Shown here piece by piece: positions 35,081 to 39,430 of a stretch of DNA of 39,430 nucleotides. The DNA is from Acidimicrobiia bacterium (GTDB lineage Bacteria > Actinomycetota > Acidimicrobiia > Spongiisociales > JAHEDJ01): contig JAUVQS010000001.1 in assembly GCA_030598025.1 (NCBI GenBank), forward strand, positions 1 to 39,430. The letters run 5' to 3'. Both the position numbers and the translations under genes were made by a program. The notes beneath the pieces were generated by a model. The model had not been told where the DNA came from and made no database searches. It was given only the letters and a program-made list of their open reading frames with translations. Position 1 is the first letter of the stretch; every line of letters starts with the position of its first letter.

Positions 35081-37320
35081 ACCCTCTCCATCATTGCTTC
35101 CCAGACACGCTGGGGGGTCAAGGGAAGATCGCGAATGATCAGACCAGTCGCTTCGGTGACTGCCGAACCGACGGCCGGCGATACCGCCAGCAACGCTCCT
35201 TCGCTGATCCCTTTGACGCCGTAAGGTCCAGGACCATCTGCGTTCTCGATACTGTCGCTGCGGAGCTCGAGCGGTAGGTCCAAGCTGGTGGGAATCCGGT
35301 AGTCGATTGCTCCGAGGTTTCGAATCCGACCCTCTTCGTCGAAGATGTAGTGCTCCATCAACGTATGGCCTAGGCCCATGATTGCGGCACCCTCGTCCTG
35401 CCCGGTCACCTGAAGCGGATTCATCGCCAGACCGACGTCGCTCACCGTCATGTGTTTGGTGATCGTGATCTCACCTGTGCCAGGATCGACTTCGAGTTCG
35501 ACGGCCGTCGCGTTGAACTCGAAGAACAACGCTGAGCCACCCAGTGGATGCTCCAGGTCCTTGTCTTTACGCATCTCGCCGTTGCCGACCAGTTCGCCGC
35601 CGAGCGGGCCGAGGCCTGTCACAAGGGTTTCCGTAACCGTCGCCTCACGACCCGGCAGGTACACCATCCCCTTCTCGACGGAGACTTCAGATTCATCAAC
35701 TCCATCCAATCGGGCAGCCATCGTGCGCACTTTGGCCTGGATGTCCTGGCAGGCTCGAAGAACGGCCGTGCCCATCAGCACCGACGATCTGCTGGCAGAC
35801 GTCTGCTGGTCGTACGGCACCACGGTGGAGTCGCCCATGATGACGGAGATTCGATCGAGCGGAACGCCCAGTTCTTGCGAGGCAATCTGGGCAAAAACCG
35901 TACGCGCCCCTTGTCCCATGTCGGAGGTTCCCGAGTAGATGAGAACGCTGCCGTCACCCAGCAATCGAACGGTCGAGTAGGACAATCCTGTAGTGGGGCC
36001 GGACTTCAGGCCTAGTGCTATTCCGCGGCCACGCCCTGCAGGAAGGGGTTCGTCCCAGCCGAGAAGTTCCGCAGCCCTGCGAACAGCCTGCTGCCAATCC
36101 CCATCGGCCGGAGTGTCGCCTGGTACGAATTCTTCTCCCTGTTCCGCAAGATTACGGAGACGAATCTCGAGGCGATCGATCCCCAGCGCACGTGCTCCCT
36201 CATCGAGATTGGATTCGCGAGCCCAAGTCACCTGGGGAATCCCGAAGCCCCGGAACGCTGTCGACGGCGTCGTGTGAGACAAGATTCCCCGTGCGATGAT
36301 CCGCACCGCAGGTACCCGATACGGGCCGGCGGCAAGATAGTTGCCCTTGGTAACCACGCGATCGGCGATATCTACATACGCTCCGATCAGGAAGTTGCTC
36401 TCGAAGTCTTCGAATACAAGCGTTCCGTCGGAGTTCAGACCGGTTCGTACCCGGATCTCTGTTGAGGCGCGTCTGACCGCCTGGAATGTCTCGTCGAGAG
36501 TCAAGATCAGCCGCACCGGCCGGCCGGTTCGGAGGGACATGTAGGCAACGAGGGGTTCGAGCTTGGGATTCTGCTTGCCTCCGAACGCGCCGCCCGGGTC
36601 CGGCGCGAAGACCCGGACCTTTGCCAGGGGAAGATCGAGAAGTTTGGCGATGGTCTTCTGCAGCAGGTACGGATGCTGAATCGTGCTCCATATCGCGATT
36701 CCATCCCCGTCCGGCGCCGCCATGAAGCCGTGCGGTTCGATCGCAAAATGAGTGACCATCGGGAACTCGTAGGTGTTCTCGACGACGAGATCGGCTTCCT
36801 GCGAGTCGACATCGCCCCAACCGAAGTGATGCTCTCTGAGGATATTCGTGTTGGCCAACGGATCATCGGGACGCAAGTCGGGATCTTGTACGAGCGGGGC
36901 CGTCGGATCGAGAGCCCGACTGACGCTGAATACCCCATCCACCAGCACTTCATGGTCCACACGGACGAGCTTCGCGGCTGCCTCGGCTGCGTCCTTCGTC
37001 TCCGCCGCGACTGCGGCAATCGGCTCACCGTGATACTTCGTCTCGCCGGTCGCCAACACCGGTCGGTCCTGGAACTGTGGCCCAAACCGTGGCATCGGAT
37101 GCGGCAGATCCTCTGCCGTCATGATCAGACGTACACCAGAAACCTGCTCGGCGGCGGTCTTGTCTATGGAAATGATCCTTGCGCGGGCACAGTCGAGTGT
37201 CACGAGCTTGACGTGCAACATGTCGGTCAACGTGATGTCGGCCAAATACTCCTGATGGCCGGTCACACGTCCATACCCGCCGACCCGGCGAGCCGATGCG
37301 CCGACTCCGTCGCCGCTCAT
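35077..37320 (-). CDS. Molybdopterin-binding large subunit of a xanthine dehydrogenase/aldehyde oxidase family hydroxylase (CoxL-like)
   Basis: Track ORF runs to 37380. ATG 37320 overlaps the small-subunit stop (ATGA). Motifs GGAFGGK, TAFRGFGIPQ and DMGQGARTV. Confidence 0.88.
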   Translation of the reverse strand: MSGDGVGASARRVGGYGRVTGHQEYLADITLTDMLHVKLVTLDCARARIISIDKTAAEQVSGVRLIMTAEDLPHPMPRFGPQFQDRPVLATGETKYHGEPIAAVAAETKDAAEAAAKLVRVDHEVLVDGVFSVSRALDPTAPLVQDPDLRPDDPLANTNILREHHFGWGDVDSQEADLVVENTYEFPMVTHFAIEPHGFMAAPDGDGIAIWSTIQHPYLLQKTIAKLLDLPLAKVRVFAPDPGGAFGGKQNPKLEPLVAYMSLRTGRPVRLILTLDETFQAVRRASTEIRVRTGLNSDGTLVFEDFESNFLIGAYVDIADRVVTKGNYLAAGPYRVPAVRIIARGILSHTTPSTAFRGFGIPQVTWARESNLDEGARALGIDRLEIRLRNLAEQGEEFVPGDTPADGDWQQAVRRAAELLGWDEPLPAGRGRGIALGLKSGPTTGLSYSTVRLLGDGSVLIYSGTSDMGQGARTVFAQIASQELGVPLDRISVIMGDSTVVPYDQQTSASRSSVLMGTAVLRACQDIQAKVRTMAARLDGVDESEVSVEKGMVYLPGREATVTETLVTGLGPLGGELVGNGEMRKDKDLEHPLGGSALFFEFNATAVELEVDPGTGEITITKHMTVSDVGLAMNPLQVTGQDEGAAIMGLGHTLMEHYIFDEEGRIRNLGAIDYRIPTSLDLPLELRSDSIENADGPGPYGVKGISEGALLAVSPAVGSAVTEATGLIIRDLPLTPQRVWEAMMERV

Positions 37321-37796
37321 TGCCTCTCCACCTCTGCGGCCGCGAGGACCGCTGCAGTGATCTGCTGATATCCGGCGCACCTACAGAGGTTTCCAGCGAG
37401 CCCCTCGTGTACATCGTCGACCGTCGGGTTGGGTTTCTTGTCCAGCAGTGCTTGCGCCGACATGAGTTGGCCGGGAATGCAGAATCCACACTGGGGAGCT
37501 CCCTTATCGAGGAAAGCCTCCTGCAACGGATTCAGACGTCCATCCTCCGCCGCGAGCCCCTCGACGGTGGTCACCTCGGCCCCGTCGACCTCCACTGCCA
37601 GCATCAGGCATGAGTTAATGGGGCGGCCATCCACAATCACCGTACAGGCCCCACATTCTCCTACCACGCAGCACTCTTTGGTGCCGGTGAGGCCGACCTC
37701 CTCGCGGAGCACATCGAGCAGGGTGTGATGCACGGGAACCTCTATCGACCGATCGATTCCGTTCACTTTGACCTCTATAGAAAGCGTATCCCTCAT
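37317..37796 (-). CDS. (2Fe-2S)-binding small subunit (CoxS-like)
   Basis: Two cluster motifs: CVVGECGACTV and CGFCIPG...CRCAGY. Confidence 0.92.
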   Translation of the reverse strand: MRDTLSIEVKVNGIDRSIEVPVHHTLLDVLREEVGLTGTKECCVVGECGACTVIVDGRPINSCLMLAVEVDGAEVTTVEGLAAEDGRLNPLQEAFLDKGAPQCGFCIPGQLMSAQALLDKKPNPTVDDVHEGLAGNLCRCAGYQQITAAVLAAAEVERQ

Positions 37797-38674
37797 GCCG
37801 CTGTTTCCCTTGGTAGCCGTTCGATGGCAGTTTGAAGAGCGCGCGCCCCGAGCACGCGGAGCATGGCTCGCCGGTAGTCGGGGCTCGCTCTCATCGATCG
37901 AAGCGACGGGCTGGCTCCCAGGAACATTTCGTTGAGTATGTCGGCCTTCGTCTCGTGGGATGCATTGGGGTCCGCCAGTACGCCACTCATCTCAACGAGA
38001 AGGACTGCCCGCGGTCCGACGCTTCCGTATGCCAGTCGTGTTATCCCATCGGCATCGACTCCGCAGCAAAGGGTGATTGAAGCAAGATCGGTACCGCGTC
38101 GCCTGGTCAGACGGGTGTAGGCGGCCCCCATCGGCCGCTGGGGAATCGGCAACTCAATCGCCGTGACGAGTTCGCCGCGCTCGAGCGCAACCTTGCCAGG
38201 ACCGACGATGAAGTCATCGACCTGCATGCGCCGCATCCCATTGGGCCCTGCGATGGCGACGACCGCGTCATACACCAGCATCGGAGGCGCGGTATCGGCA
38301 GCCGGGGAACCATTGCAGATATTGCCGGCTAGCGTGGCTCTCGCTCGGATCTGAACAGAACCAACCACCACTGCCGACTCGACAAGCGCCGGGAAGTACT
38401 TCTGGATTCGCTGGTCCTCTGCAATATCGGTCATCACGGTTGAGGCGCTGATCTTGATGAACCCGCCATCTTCGGTGATCGACGGACGCAGCTCGTCAAT
38501 CCTCTTCAGGTCGATGACAACCTCCGGCTCCTTCCAACCGTTGCGAAGTTCAATGACGAGATCCGTTCCGCCCGCCAGCAACTGGGCATCCGGCCCGTGC
38601 TCATTGAGCAGCCTCACAGCTTCCGCCACCGTTCGCGGTCTGGTGTACTCAAATGTCTTCATCAGTTGAATCAA
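37793..38674 (-). CDS. FAD-binding medium subunit (CoxM-like)
   Basis: AGGTDL motif, ATLAGNICNGSPAAD, and 4-nt overlap with the small-subunit gene. The track start is TTG 38674. ATG 38662 (MKTFEY) is an alternative. Confidence 0.88.
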   Translation of the reverse strand: MIQLMKTFEYTRPRTVAEAVRLLNEHGPDAQLLAGGTDLVIELRNGWKEPEVVIDLKRIDELRPSITEDGGFIKISASTVMTDIAEDQRIQKYFPALVESAVVVGSVQIRARATLAGNICNGSPAADTAPPMLVYDAVVAIAGPNGMRRMQVDDFIVGPGKVALERGELVTAIELPIPQRPMGAAYTRLTRRRGTDLASITLCCGVDADGITRLAYGSVGPRAVLLVEMSGVLADPNASHETKADILNEMFLGASPSLRSMRASPDYRRAMLRVLGARALQTAIERLPRETAA

Positions 38675-38725
38675 TCCTTCGCGTCGGAGAATCTGCTCAT
38701 TCTGAACAGATCGCAGACTCTCCCA

Positions 38726-39430
38726 TCAAATGACCTTGTCCACCTCGTCCATCAGGACCTGCGGCGTCGCCGCCCTGATGAAGTGGAACGGCCGGGTGGC
38801 GAAGTCCTGGACGAAACGTGCCCGCTCTGCTCTGAGTTCCTCGGTATCCACCATCGGCATCGGAAACCCAGGTGCCAGCAACTCGTTCAACAGGAAGTAG
38901 TTCTGGAGGGAATGCAGAGTTTGGAACTGAGCCTCGAACGACCCCATCTCGACCGTACTCGGATCGAAGTTACCGTCGATAGCCGGAACGATGACGACAT
39001 CAACGTTGCTCGGCTCGTCGTAATCGTCCCAGGTGGGCATTGCGCCGAAGAACTTCTCGACCCCCTTGTTGGGCGCAGCCTTGTCGGCACGCTCGGTGCC
39101 CTTTGCCCGCTTCTTCAGAAAGACGTCCTTGGAGCCCATCACCGCCAGGCCCTCCTCGTTGATCACCGTGGTCTCCGTCGAAACCAGCAGGCCGCCCCGG
39201 CGGCACGCCTCGATCTGACCCATGCTCTTGCCGTGGTTCGACTCACCGCCCAGGAACAGGATCGTCTTGTCCTGGTAGCGAACCGATGCTGCGTGGAACG
39301 GGTGAAGGCCCTCGGCCTCCATCTTCAGGGCCAGCATCGTTACGACGACCTTCTGAAGCGGACCAGCAGCCCAATCTCCGGTGAACGTCATCGTCTTGCC
39401 GTCGTACGAGATTCCCTTTGTTTCGTCCTG
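38726..39430 (-). CDS. Hypothetical P-loop protein with an HPr-kinase/phosphorylase-like nucleotide-binding segment; the 5' end may lie beyond the window
   Basis: HAASVRYQDKTILFLGGESNHGKSMGQIEACRRGGLLVSTETTVI resembles the HprK C-terminal G-x-S-G-x-GKS ... G-x-L-V-x-D-D segment. The frame stays open upstream of ATG 39391 to the window edge (QDETKGISYDGKT-M). Confidence 0.4.
   Translation of the reverse strand, partial: QDETKGISYDGKTMTFTGDWAAGPLQKVVVTMLALKMEAEGLHPFHAASVRYQDKTILFLGGESNHGKSMGQIEACRRGGLLVSTETTVINEEGLAVMGSKDVFLKKRAKGTERADKAAPNKGVEKFFGAMPTWDDYDEPSNVDVVIVPAIDGNFDPSTVEMGSFEAQFQTLHSLQNYFLLNELLAPGFPMPMVDTEELRAERARFVQDFATRPFHFIRAATPQVLMDEVDKVI

Noticed and set aside
35077-38674. CoxMSL-type genes as aerobic CO dehydrogenase.
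   Set aside because: The large subunit shows the generic AFRGFG hydroxylase motif. I could not find the AYRCSFR (form I) or AYRGAGR (form II) active-site loops, and no coxDEF-type accessory genes are present.
1-39430. Search for a defence system, prophage, retron, DGR, toxin-antitoxin pair or secretion system.
   Set aside because: I recognised no reverse transcriptase, nuclease/helicase/ATPase defence-type architecture, small paired toxin-antitoxin ORFs, integrase or structural phage genes. Every sizeable ORF is accounted for by metabolic, transport or housekeeping families, apart from the membrane protein at 13992 and the P-loop protein at 38726.

Overview
This is a gene-dense, high-GC bacterial chromosomal segment with about 40 protein genes on both strands. 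I found no rRNA, tRNA, CRISPR, transposase, integrase, phage or recognisable defence genes. Contents from left to right:
(1) 1-11.2 kb is a carbohydrate locus. A ribose-type ABC importer (lipoprotein SBP, fused ATPase, two permeases) lies on the minus strand. It is divergent from an operon of Gfo/Idh/MocA dehydrogenase, xylose-isomerase-like TIM barrel, FAD oxidoreductase and phosphotriesterase-family hydrolase. That operon converges on a second Gfo/Idh/MocA plus NagB-like pair. A perfect LacI-type palindrome sits in the divergent promoter.
(2) 11.3-19.8 kb is mostly housekeeping: pepP, a LinB/DmbA-type haloalkane dehalogenase, a membrane protein, a PduO-type adenosyltransferase, pepA and argR-argG-argH.
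(3) 19.9-26.1 kb holds a pyruvate-phosphate-dikinase-like protein that has the ATP-grasp and phosphohistidine domains but no PEP/pyruvate barrel, and carries an unassigned C-terminal domain. It is divergent from a tight operon of a tartrate/D-malate-dehydrogenase-like enzyme, an archaeal-type (class II) GAPDH, an archaeal-type PGK and a C_GCAxxG_C_C protein.
(4) 26.3-32.5 kb holds a cupin, a split transketolase, an SDR, an MBL-fold hydrolase, an MFS transporter and a PHP phosphatase.
(5) 32.5-39.4 kb is a minus-strand operon: HPr-kinase-like P-loop protein, CoxM/S/L-type molybdenum hydroxylase, cyclase/formamidase, Zn-ADH and an LMW-PTP with an apparent frameshift.
I see no obvious new defence or mobile system. 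The most unusual signals are:
- phase-locked 7-nt tandem-repeat tracts in several intergenic spacers, two of which bracket the dehalogenase gene;
- the archaeal-type gap-pgk operon with its truncated PPDK-like neighbour;
- a chain of mutually exclusive G5/C5 hairpins.
All functional calls come from motif recognition by eye. No database search was possible.
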